The translations under genes were made by a program, and so were the position numbers. 45,977 nt of DNA from a virus (Duplodnaviria; Caudoviricetes): positions 1 through 45,977 of IMG/VR virus record IMGVR_UViG_3300021082_000047; one strand, written 5' to 3'. Below the pieces are notes generated by a model. That model saw only the letters and a program-made list of their open reading frames with translations, was not told where the DNA came from and made no database searches. This document shows positions 34,772 through 42,870 of the stretch, in pieces. Within the stretch, counting starts at the first letter, position 1; each line of letters opens with the position of its first letter.

Positions 34772-35139
34772 ACGGACGCTGCGTCATTGCTCATGTGCCC
34801 CTGAAACCAGGAGATGCAGTCCGTCAGAGCGCGAATGGCCTTCTGCTTCTGCCCCTTCATCCACACGAGCCACGCCTGTACGCCAGCGTTGCGCACCGGC
34901 ATCCCGGGATCTTCGGCGTGGTCGATGTACGCGGCGAGCATGTGCGCCGTAGCCTCAGTCCCGAGTGGGTCCTTCTGCGCCGACTTGATCCACGCCGTCA
35001 CGTTCTGCGGCGAAGCGTCGACGAGGTACACCTTGCCGAGTCCGAAGAACGTCATGTCCACCGTCGCCTCGCACCACGACGTCACGTCGAGCCGTTCCGG
35101 CTTCGGCTCCTCGCGCTCTTTCACTTCTGGGTTGTCCAT
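34759..35139 (-). CDS. Tail assembly chaperone (gpG-like)
   Basis: Between tail tube and tape measure; ends C CCA AAC TCG TAG; GGAGGGG RBS. Confidence 0.75.
   Translation of the reverse strand: MDNPEVKEREEPKPERLDVTSWCEATVDMTFFGLGKVYLVDASPQNVTAWIKSAQKDPLGTEATAHMLAAYIDHAEDPGMPVRNAGVQAWLVWMKGQKQKAIRALTDCISWFQGHMSNDAASVPNS
34765..34771 (-). promoter_or_regulatory. -1 programmed ribosomal frameshift heptamer CCCAAAC
   Basis: X XXY YYZ in the correct phase, one sense codon before the stop. Confidence 0.7.
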
Positions 35140-35190
35140 GTCCCCTCCGTGTTGTTGAGGCCACGAGCTTCCACGGCTCAAGGCACCGCA

Positions 35191-35331
35191 CTAAATCTCG
35201 TTGTCGGCTTCGTTCTCTTGCGCGGCGCGGATCAGCTCCTCCAGTTGGATCTTCGTGGCGGCGCTCCCGCAACCCCTGACAACCAGGAGCCCGAGAGCGC
35301 CGCGGTCCACTACTCGCCAGCCTTGGAACAT
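35191..35331 (-). CDS. Possible small protein (46 aa)
   Basis: Hand translation fills the intergenic gap; weak RBS. Confidence 0.35.
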   Translation of the reverse strand: MFQGWRVVDRGALGLLVVRGCGSAATKIQLEELIRAAQENEADNEI

Positions 35332-35347
35332 CCGCCAGCCCCAGAGA

Positions 35348-36907
35348 TCACGTCGAGGGGTATCCGGCGAAGTCGTCGTTGTATGCCTTCACGGTGATGA
35401 GGGAGGTGGTGGTAGGCGTGAGGAACGCCGAGCCAGTCAAGCTGATCGTCGCGACGTTAGACGACTCGTCCGGCTCGCTCCTCTGATCGAGGCCCATGCT
35501 GTGCACCTTGACCTCGAAGGCTCCGTTGCGAACGGTGATCGTCTCTGACCCGCCGTTCATCGCAACGTCGGCCGCACTGATGGTCGCCGTGGTGCCTACC
35601 AGTGCCGTGATGGTCACGACCTGCTGCTTGCCGGCAGTGTCCTGCGAGAGAAGGAGGACGTCTCCGACGTGGAACCCGGTTGCCGCCGACAGCACGAGCG
35701 ATGTGCCAGCCGCCGCGAGCACCGTGACCGAAGTCGTCGACCCGGACGGGTTGTCCGACACAGCCATGAAACGGACGCGCGCCTGCCTGAGCGCCACGAG
35801 GTGCGTGAGGCGCAGGTAATCCGCGTTGTTCAGCGTCAGCGTCGACTGGAAGTCAGCCGTCACGTCGCCCGGGTAGATCTGGGTCCAGGTGTTGGACAGC
35901 GACGGGTCGGTGTTCGGCCGCGAGATCGCAACCGTGGTATTCTGCGAGAACTTCAGGCTCGCGCTCTGCAACGCCTGGCGGTCGCCGGTCCAGCCCGTCG
36001 AGAACGAGCCGTTCCTGTCCGCGAACTCCAAGTCGATGTAGACGTTCTGCGGGCGGTACGGGTTCTGCGCCGGCCAGCCCAGGATCGCGTAGCCCGGGGT
36101 CGCGCTCGTCGCCGGGGTCGGGACGGCTGCGGTGATGATCGTCTCGGCGTTCAGGTAGCCGGTCAGAGTGAGGTCGATGGCGTCGACCGACTCGCGGTCA
36201 AACGTCATCTCCCAGCCGTCCCAGATCAGGCCCTTCAACCCGCGGCCGGTCTGCGCCGTCGCGCCACCGGTGCCACCGTCCGACGCTGCCGGGATGAACG
36301 TCGCCGTGCCGGTGCCGATGGTCGTATCCCAGTAGTGCTCAGCGGAGTAGTACCGCGGGAGCGTCGTGCCGCTCTGCACAGCGATGGGCAGATTGAGCAG
36401 GAAGCCCGCGTTCTCGGGATGCACGCCGGTCTGGAGCGTGCCCTGATCGCGGTTGCGGTGGCCAGCCCAGATGTAGCGCGGGCCGCGGTCCTTGTGCTGC
36501 GTGTTGCCCTTGACCAGCGAAACCTTCTCGCCGATCTTCAGCCCGCCGTCGACGTACGGGATGTACCGCGGCGTGCCGCGCATGAGGTAGATCGTGCCCG
36601 TCGCGCCACCGACGCCGGTATGCACCGAGTCGGTAAGCGTGATGGTGGTTCCGTTCGTGATGACCGCGCTCGTCCAGGTGCCGTTGGCCGTGGTGTTTAC
36701 CAAGTGCCCAGCAATGAACAGTTCGACGACATCGGACGATGCTCCGAGCGTTGCCGTTGATCCGACCGTGACCACGATCGGAGTTGCCGCCGTGCTCGAC
36801 ACGATGGCGACCGAGACGCCAGTGTTGAACGCGCCCGTGCGCGACGTGTTGGTCGCGTTCTCGGCCATGCGAAGGAAGAAGACGTCTTTCGGGATCTCAT
36901 TTGCCAT
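35348..36907 (-). CDS. Major tail (tube) protein with inserted accessory domains (519 aa)
   Basis: Position upstream of the chaperones; Thr/Gly-rich beta composition. Confidence 0.7.
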   Translation of the reverse strand: MANEIPKDVFFLRMAENATNTSRTGAFNTGVSVAIVSSTAATPIVVTVGSTATLGASSDVVELFIAGHLVNTTANGTWTSAVITNGTTITLTDSVHTGVGGATGTIYLMRGTPRYIPYVDGGLKIGEKVSLVKGNTQHKDRGPRYIWAGHRNRDQGTLQTGVHPENAGFLLNLPIAVQSGTTLPRYYSAEHYWDTTIGTGTATFIPAASDGGTGGATAQTGRGLKGLIWDGWEMTFDRESVDAIDLTLTGYLNAETIITAAVPTPATSATPGYAILGWPAQNPYRPQNVYIDLEFADRNGSFSTGWTGDRQALQSASLKFSQNTTVAISRPNTDPSLSNTWTQIYPGDVTADFQSTLTLNNADYLRLTHLVALRQARVRFMAVSDNPSGSTTSVTVLAAAGTSLVLSAATGFHVGDVLLLSQDTAGKQQVVTITALVGTTATISAADVAMNGGSETITVRNGAFEVKVHSMGLDQRSEPDESSNVATISLTGSAFLTPTTTSLITVKAYNDDFAGYPST

Positions 36908-36919
36908 GTGTCAAAGTCC

Positions 36920-37429
36920 TCACGAATACCGGAAGACGCCGTTCAGCGTGATCTCCCATGTCCATGCCCAGAGCCGCGGAGCGCCGGCCTCGGGTCCGTT
37001 CTTTCCCGCCGCAAGGCCACCCTTCGGCGACCATTCGAAAGAGCCATTCAGCAGCGCGTCGAGCGCCTGCCGCTTCGGTCGCGGGTCGAGCGCATCGCGG
37101 ATGACGTTCATCGCGGCATCCACCAGATCCGCCGCCAACGTCGCATCCCCCTCGGAGGCGCGATAGATCAGCGTGAGATCCAGCGTCACGAACCAGCGCG
37201 AGGATGTGCCCGCATGGGACCGGTCCCCTTCGATGTTCTCGCGCCCGGCGTCCGTAACGAGCGCCGAGATGCACGGCATCACGTCGCCGATCCTGCCCGT
37301 CTTCCAATCGAACGGCAGCAGGTTGCCGTCGTAGAAGCGGTACTCCCGCAGCCCCAGCGCGGTGTACGCGGTCTGGTTGGCGAGGTGCGCCCACAGCGCC
37401 GTCTGCAAGTCCTTGATTGGAGTGCTCAC
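36920..37429 (-). CDS. Tail terminator / completion protein
   Basis: Position and size. Confidence 0.6.
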   Translation of the reverse strand: MSTPIKDLQTALWAHLANQTAYTALGLREYRFYDGNLLPFDWKTGRIGDVMPCISALVTDAGRENIEGDRSHAGTSSRWFVTLDLTLIYRASEGDATLAADLVDAAMNVIRDALDPRPKRQALDALLNGSFEWSPKGGLAAGKNGPEAGAPRLWAWTWEITLNGVFRYS

Positions 37430-37944
37430 GAGCCAACGGCCCTGCCCTCCAAGCGTCCCGTCAGGTACTTGACCAGATCGCGCTCAATGCGAGCGCCCAA
37501 ACTCTTTTCGTCCCAGATCTGCGCATCGTCGAACACTTTGCCGACGATGTTCGAGAACGGGTTGGGGACGACGCCTTCCAGCGGTCCCTCGTAGTTCTTG
37601 TCGGGGTCGATGACCGCGCGATCAGGCGCGAGCGTCGTCCAGCGCGAGGCGGCTTGGCGCAGCGATCCCGTCCACTCGAAGAACGGCGACGACGACGTAG
37701 CCCGCGAGGATGGTTGATTCGCCTCGTAGTAGCCGGACCGCTCCGAACGAGCTTTGATTGTCCCTGGCGCGTGACGGACGCTCGTACCGAAGCGGCGATC
37801 CCACACCTCGCGCTCGGCAACGTCCAGCGCCCCAGAGGCTTCCTCCAGCTTCTGGAAGAACGGGATCATGTTCTTCAGCGCCAGCTCCAGCCGGAGCACG
37901 TACGCGGCTGCTTCCGCCTCGCTGTTGACGGTGACGGTAGGCAT
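37426..37944 (-). CDS. Neck/tail-completion (virion morphogenesis-like) protein
   Basis: APGTIKAR..FFEWTGSLRQA motif; position. Confidence 0.6.
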   Translation of the reverse strand: MPTVTVNSEAEAAAYVLRLELALKNMIPFFQKLEEASGALDVAEREVWDRRFGTSVRHAPGTIKARSERSGYYEANQPSSRATSSSPFFEWTGSLRQAASRWTTLAPDRAVIDPDKNYEGPLEGVVPNPFSNIVGKVFDDAQIWDEKSLGARIERDLVKYLTGRLEGRAVGS

Positions 37945-38108
37945 TACCGCGGCTCGCCTCTGCCGGGCCAAGGCTTCAGCTTCGCGGGCGTAGGCGGCGC
38001 TTCCTTCTCAGGAGCAATCCTGCCCGTCGCGATGCAGTTGGGGCAAACGTCGGTGTTGCCCGCGGCTTCTGGATTCCACTTCGCGCCGCAGTTGTCGCAT
38101 GTGCTCAT
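37944..38108 (-). CDS. Small zinc-ribbon protein (54 aa; not in ORF track)
   Basis: MSTCDNCG..CPNC; overlaps both neighbours. Confidence 0.55.
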   Translation of the reverse strand: MSTCDNCGAKWNPEAAGNTDVCPNCIATGRIAPEKEAPPTPAKLKPWPGRGEPR

Positions 38109-38554
38109 CGTGAAACCCTCGCGAAGATGGAGCCCGCGCCGGCGTTCTTGGGGAGGATCATCGAGCGATCCGCGCCGAGCAGGTAGCCGCGCCCGAGGAT
38201 GCGCTGGACTTCGAGGTTGGCCTCCATGATGAGGTCGGCGGCGTAGACGGGAGCCGCGACAGGCAGGCCGGCCGCCATGACCTCGCCCGCGAACGTGCGC
38301 GAGGCGTCAGGGCTGGCCTTGTTGAATCCGCGGCGGATGTACTCCGCCGATGCGCGCTTCAGTGCAAGCTCGGCCACCTCGGGCGGGACCGAGCCCATCA
38401 CCCATGAGGTGCGATCCCATGCGGCGAACGAGGCGTCCACCCACAGGTCGGCAACAGCTTCCGACGCCGTCGCCCGCGCCGTGACAAAGCCAGTAGAGCC
38501 CTCGCCTTCGAGGTGGTTCTGGGCGGCGACGAGGGTCACGTAGCGCCCGGCCAT
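38105..38554 (-). CDS. Head-tail adaptor (gp36/gp6-like)
   Basis: YVT..ASEAVADLWVD..VPPEVAELALKRAS helical pattern; position. Confidence 0.65.
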   Translation of the reverse strand: MAGRYVTLVAAQNHLEGEGSTGFVTARATASEAVADLWVDASFAAWDRTSWVMGSVPPEVAELALKRASAEYIRRGFNKASPDASRTFAGEVMAAGLPVAAPVYAADLIMEANLEVQRILGRGYLLGADRSMILPKNAGAGSIFARVSR

Positions 38555-38655
38555 TAGTCGCGCCTCGCGGGGCGGATGAGCAGCCAGTACAGCGCGAGCC
38601 CGACGCAGGCGATGCCCGAGCAGAAGCCGATGATAAAGGCAGGCCAGAACATCAT
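38554..38655 (-). CDS. Small membrane peptide (33 aa)
   Basis: MMFWPAFIIGFCSGIACVGLALYWLL; GGGGG RBS-like; TAATG junction. Confidence 0.5.
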   Translation of the reverse strand: MMFWPAFIIGFCSGIACVGLALYWLLIRPARRD

Positions 38656-38672
38656 GCGTCCCCCACAGGTCG

Positions 38673-38678
38673 TATAAT
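38673..38678 (+). promoter_or_regulatory. -10 box TATAAT for a probably leaderless HNH transcript
   Basis: Perfect TATAAT in a GC-rich genome, 6 nt before ATG 38685; no SD. Confidence 0.6.
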
Positions 38679-38684
38679 GTCGGT

Positions 38685-39179
38685 ATGCGTAAGGCCGACC
38701 CTTGGCGTCATAAGGTGACCGACCGCAATCACCCGCTTGCGGATAACCGCGGGCAAGTGCTTCGCGCACGATGGGTGCTTCACAAGGCGCTCGGACAAGG
38801 CGCGCATGCGTGCCGGTGGTGCGGCGAACCCTTGCGGTGGATGAACGGACCCAAATGGGTCCACGAACCGGGCGCGCTTGTCGTTGACCATCTTGATGGG
38901 AACGTGCGCAACGACGACCCGTCCAACCTCGCGCCGTCCTGCTTCCGTTGCAACTGCGAGAGGTCGCGCCCGTCCATCATTCGAGATGGCGAGCTGTTCG
39001 TGGTTCATGGAAACCAGCGCACTCGCGCCGAGAAGCGGATCTGCAAGTTGTGCGGAACCGAGTTCGTGCGATCCAAGTGCGCCAACCGTCAGGGCGGCGG
39101 CTACTTTTGCTCTCGTTCGTGCGGTGGAAAGCATAGATTCCCGGCTAAGCTTTCTCTACCGCTACCCACGAAACCATAA
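38685..39179 (+). CDS. HNH endonuclease, antisense within the structural operon
   Basis: HPLAD..ACRWCG..VVDHLDGNVRNDDPSNLAPSCFRCN; C-terminal CKLC..FCSRSC. Confidence 0.85.
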   Translation: MRKADPWRHKVTDRNHPLADNRGQVLRARWVLHKALGQGAHACRWCGEPLRWMNGPKWVHEPGALVVDHLDGNVRNDDPSNLAPSCFRCNCERSRPSIIRDGELFVVHGNQRTRAEKRICKLCGTEFVRSKCANRQGGGYFCSRSCGGKHRFPAKLSLPLPTKP

Positions 39180-39417
39180 TCGTCTGCGACAACCGCAGCG
39201 ACGTGGTTACGGTGCAGGTAAAGCCCGCCGTCGTGATGCTTCCGGCGGTGATGGTCCCGCTGTCGCCGGCGGCAGTCACCACCATGACGGAAGGGATTGC
39301 CGTGAAGGCAGGATCGAAGACGACAGCGCCCGTGCCGGTGCCAGAGCCGTTGGTCGTCACCGCCACCTCGTTCACCTGATAGTGGCGCTTCTTCGTAGTG
39401 GTGTAGAGCTGCGGCAT
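39145..39417 (-). CDS. Small H-type-lectin/gp53-like beta protein
   Basis: VVFDPAFTAIPSVMV..ITTAGFT..VSWVAV. Confidence 0.65.
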   Translation of the reverse strand: MPQLYTTTKKRHYQVNEVAVTTNGSGTGTGAVVFDPAFTAIPSVMVVTAAGDSGTITAGSITTAGFTCTVTTSLRLSQTIMVSWVAVEKA

Positions 39418-39422
39418 GAGGA

Positions 39423-40232
39423 TTATCCAACCGCGACCGCGGCATCGAACGACACCCAGCAGACCGTGATGGAATCCGCGTAGATGTCCACGACGTTCCC
39501 AACGCGCGCGTCTCGCGACAGAACGCCCTGCACGTAACTGCCCGCCGTCGCCGTGATGCCAAGAGCCGTGAGAGGCACGATTACGTAGTCGGCAGCGGCG
39601 TAGGTGGTCATGTCAATCAGCGTGTTGACGGAGAAGGCGCTGGTCGTTCCAGCAGATCCCTCGTCGCTCACGAACTGCTTGCCGATGACGGAAAGCTGGA
39701 GGCCGTCCAGCGCCACCGGGGCACCCGCCACGATGAAGCACACGCTCGGCGTGATGTCACCCGTGCAGCCATAAGGCACGCGGAATCCGAAGTGCGCCCA
39801 CGAGGTGTTGTCGTCTGGGAACGCAATCCCGACCGTGTGATTCTCGGCATCGGTAGCCGTCCCGATGGCGGCGGCAGTTGCGACCAGCGTAGGCGGCGAG
39901 CCCGCAACGGTGCCGAACGTCGAGCTTCGGTTGAAGTACTCGGTGTGAATCGTCCTTGTTGCGGTGGTGGCCACCGTAGGAACGGCAACGAACGCCGAGC
40001 CGCTGTAGGTGTAGAGCACGCCGCCAGCGACGTATGTGTGCTGGGGCATCTCGGCCTTGCCCATGAACTTGTAGGTGCCGTCGCCCACCACTTCGGCAAG
40101 CTCGCCGGCGTGGTTGACGAACGCGCTCCCGGTCGTCGGGCTCGAGCCCACCACGATGTACCGAGCGCCAGTCGCGCCGTACTGTGCGGGCGGCGTGTTC
40201 GAGCCGGTGACGCTCACGAGATTGATCTGCAT
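39423..40232 (-). CDS. Head-fibre-like protein with DUF2793-like N-terminus
   Basis: NTPPA..GARYIVV..TGSAFVNHAGELAE..GTYKF; C-terminal beta sandwich. Confidence 0.6.
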   Translation of the reverse strand: MQINLVSVTGSNTPPAQYGATGARYIVVGSSPTTGSAFVNHAGELAEVVGDGTYKFMGKAEMPQHTYVAGGVLYTYSGSAFVAVPTVATTATRTIHTEYFNRSSTFGTVAGSPPTLVATAAAIGTATDAENHTVGIAFPDDNTSWAHFGFRVPYGCTGDITPSVCFIVAGAPVALDGLQLSVIGKQFVSDEGSAGTTSAFSVNTLIDMTTYAAADYVIVPLTALGITATAGSYVQGVLSRDARVGNVVDIYADSITVCWVSFDAAVAVG

Positions 40233-40234
40233 CG

Positions 40235-40522
40235 TTAGCCCTTCTGCTTCGCGTGCGCGTACCAGCGGACGCGGATGTCCCGTGAGATCAGATTCGAGCC
40301 GGTGATGGCGATCGTAAAGCCGGTCTTGGTGGCAGCAGGCGAGCCCGAGACGGCCCACGTCGCGCCGTCCGCCTCGTCCGCCTCGTCCGCTATCACCATG
40401 ATCTGCGGCGTGCTGTAGAAGCTCTCCGCGAACGTGACGGCTGTCGTGCCGGCACCCAACGCGCTGACGGCAACGGTCGCGACGCCGTAGTCCGTCTTCA
40501 CTCCGTCGAAGGTCATGCCCAT
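40235..40522 (-). CDS. Small H-type-lectin/gp53-like beta protein (paralog of 39145-39417)
   Basis: VTFAESFYSTPQIMV..TKTGFTI..VRWYA. Confidence 0.65.
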   Translation of the reverse strand: MGMTFDGVKTDYGVATVAVSALGAGTTAVTFAESFYSTPQIMVIADEADEADGATWAVSGSPAATKTGFTIAITGSNLISRDIRVRWYAHAKQKG

Positions 40523-40539
40523 GGTGGTAAGGTCGGGCA

Positions 40540-40565
40540 GGGGCTGCCCGGTGAGAGGCAGCCCC
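40540..40565. terminator. GC-rich hairpin after the capsid/decoration genes
   Basis: GGGGCTGCC / GGCAGCCCC stem; no U-tract, so partial terminator or mRNA stabiliser. Confidence 0.45.
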
Positions 40566-40577
40566 CGTCCTGTCCTC

Positions 40578-41057
40578 TCACATCGCGAGTTCGGTGAGCT
40601 GCGCCGAGTAGGTGCAGGTGCCCGACGCCACGACCAGCGTGTAGATCCGCAGGTAGCGGAACACGCGCCCGTTCTTCTCGTTGCGGAAGTAGTAGACGAG
40701 CCGACCGCGACCGGTGGTCACGAGGTCGTCCGTCGCGTCCGCGTCCGTGCGCCGAGCCGCGATGTCGCCGAGCGTGCCAGTCGAGAACAGTTCCTCGATG
40801 TTGCCGGCCGTGCCGAACGTCGCATCAGGCGAGCCCTGCACGTAGACCTCGACCGCGTTGCTGGCAGTCGCCAACAGCGCCGAGAAGTCGAGGACGAGCT
40901 TGTAGTACGCCAGGCCAGTGCCGCAGTCCACGATCGGAGCAGCAGCGCCGCCAGTCGCATCAAGGGCGCCGGAAGCCGTGATGGCTCCCGAGTTCTTGAG
41001 GATGAGCAGCGCATCCTTCTGGTAGCCGGGCTCGAAGTGAGTCTGAGAAGCAGCCAT
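40578..41057 (-). CDS. Capsid decoration / cement protein (Bbp16-like jelly roll)
   Basis: Directly after MCP; KDALL..VQGSPDATF..FRYLRIY. Confidence 0.7.
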   Translation of the reverse strand: MAASQTHFEPGYQKDALLILKNSGAITASGALDATGGAAAPIVDCGTGLAYYKLVLDFSALLATASNAVEVYVQGSPDATFGTAGNIEELFSTGTLGDIAARRTDADATDDLVTTGRGRLVYYFRNEKNGRVFRYLRIYTLVVASGTCTYSAQLTELAM

Positions 41058-41087
41058 GTGTGTGTCTCCTGTTCTTTCTGTGCCGGA

Positions 41088-42026
41088 TTAGGCGATCATC
41101 GCGGCGTTGGAAATGTTGCGGAGACGCGCCACGCTCCACGGGTTCTCGATCGCGAGCCCGATGTCCCACTCGATCCGCCCGATGCGGTACGGGTCAGAGG
41201 TCGGAACGTTCGGCGTCACGATCATCGGCTGGGTCTGGAAGCCGAAGCAGTAGCCCGGCTCGAACTTCACAGCGTAGATCGAGCTGGCCGAAGCCGTCGC
41301 GCCGCTTCCGCCGAGCTCGTTGAACGCGATCGACGCGTACACCGAATCGACCGGATCGACGATCACGATCGGGATGTCGTTGTAGGTCGTGACCTTGCGG
41401 CCCAGCGCGTCCTGCGAGTAGCCGACGTAGCCGAGCACCGACGTCGAGCGTCCGCCCGCCGTGATGATGTTCTGCATCGCCCGCGACATGAGCAGCGCGT
41501 TGGCCCCGGGGACCATCGAAAGCAGCGTGTCCAGGCTGGACGCCTGAAGCGGATCGCCGCCGTCCGTCGAGCCTTCCGACAGGATCTGCCCCGTCGAGCT
41601 GACCGACGTTCCGACGCGGATCGCGATGCCGTCGAACGACTCAGGATCCGTGACGCTGTTCCCGTTCAGGAACGCATCGCCGATCTTGTGAGCCAGTGAC
41701 TTCGCCTTCATCGCGAACTGGCGGGCAACGATGCCCTCGCCGTGCATGCGAATCAGCGCGTTGTCGACCTTGAGATCGCCACCAGCGAAGGCGACCTTTT
41801 CCACCTTCGGGTTGACCTTGCCGGTCGACTCGCTGAACGCTTCGTTCAGGGAGCGGAAGCCAACGGTCGGCAGATCCTGCTCGAGGGTGTACTGCCAGGT
41901 GCCCGAAGGCGCGTTTTCAATCGGGAGAATGGCGCCAAGCGGATGCGCGGCGGCATAGACCTCCGCGTACGTCCGCTCCGGGCCGATCTCCATCAGCTTG
42001 ACGGATTCGACGAGAGTAAGAGCCAA
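41088..42026 (-). CDS. Major capsid protein (HK97 fold; TTG start)
   Basis: MALTLVE..LPTVGFRSLNE..ESTG..GGDLKVD..FLNGN..FDGI..YNDIPI..VARLRNI. Confidence 0.9.
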   Translation of the reverse strand: MALTLVESVKLMEIGPERTYAEVYAAAHPLGAILPIENAPSGTWQYTLEQDLPTVGFRSLNEAFSESTGKVNPKVEKVAFAGGDLKVDNALIRMHGEGIVARQFAMKAKSLAHKIGDAFLNGNSVTDPESFDGIAIRVGTSVSSTGQILSEGSTDGGDPLQASSLDTLLSMVPGANALLMSRAMQNIITAGGRSTSVLGYVGYSQDALGRKVTTYNDIPIVIVDPVDSVYASIAFNELGGSGATASASSIYAVKFEPGYCFGFQTQPMIVTPNVPTSDPYRIGRIEWDIGLAIENPWSVARLRNISNAAMIA

Positions 42027-42049
42027 AGGTGCCTCGCATCACGCCCCGA

Positions 42050-42778
42050 CTACTTGTTGTACTTTGCGCGGATCTCCATCTGACGTGAGGCGCGAGCAAC
42101 AGGATCAGGGATTGCCGCAGTCGCGGACATCTCCACCCTGTATGCGTCGTGCGACCCGATCAGAGGCGCGGACCCGGCAAGCGTTCCGGTGCCGTTTGTG
42201 ACTGACGTAGGCTTGTACACGTCGTCGGTGAGGTTCTCCCTGAACACATCCACAACGGGGCGCAGCGTTGAGCCGTCGTCGTGGTAGACCTGCCCGTCCG
42301 TGCCGACCTTGAGGTAGGGCAACATCTCGCGCTTGAGGCGGTCGGGTCGCGCAGGCATGTGCTTGGCGATCAGATCCTCAAGGGCGTAACGCGCCTTGTT
42401 CCTCGCGGCCTCCGCCTCTGCCTCGGCCTCGCGCGCATTGCGAGCTTCGTTCTCGCGTTGCACCTGCCGAGCCCAGTTGCGGGTGGCTTCGTCCGGGATT
42501 GCGTCGATGTTCGGGGCGGTTGGGCTTGTGCCTTGGTCCTGAGTGACGGGCTCTGAGCCTCCGCGCCTCGCGATACGCGCACTTGCCGCCGTGGAGTTGC
42601 TGAGTCGATCAACTCTGTGGACAACCGGGGCGATCTTGGCGTCCAGTAGCTTCTCGATTGCTTCCAGGGTCAGCCCAACATTTGCAGGCGGTTGGTCGCC
42701 GGTCACGGTGTTGAGTACACCGGGGACTACAGCGGGGCTCTCGCTGCCAGGATTCGCGCCGGTTGTGGCGGTAAGCAC
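42050..42778 (-). CDS. Capsid scaffold protein
   Basis: Between portal and MCP; coiled coil and GTG-rich C-terminus. Confidence 0.7.
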   Translation of the reverse strand: MLTATTGANPGSESPAVVPGVLNTVTGDQPPANVGLTLEAIEKLLDAKIAPVVHRVDRLSNSTAASARIARRGGSEPVTQDQGTSPTAPNIDAIPDEATRNWARQVQRENEARNAREAEAEAEAARNKARYALEDLIAKHMPARPDRLKREMLPYLKVGTDGQVYHDDGSTLRPVVDVFRENLTDDVYKPTSVTNGTGTLAGSAPLIGSHDAYRVEMSATAAIPDPVARASRQMEIRAKYNK

Positions 42779-42870
42779 TTACGCGCACCCTCCCTTTTGG
42801 GATCTCCGCACAGGTTCAACGCCTGTACGGAAGCGCACTTCGCCCGGGGTCCACGCCCGGACAGATATGC

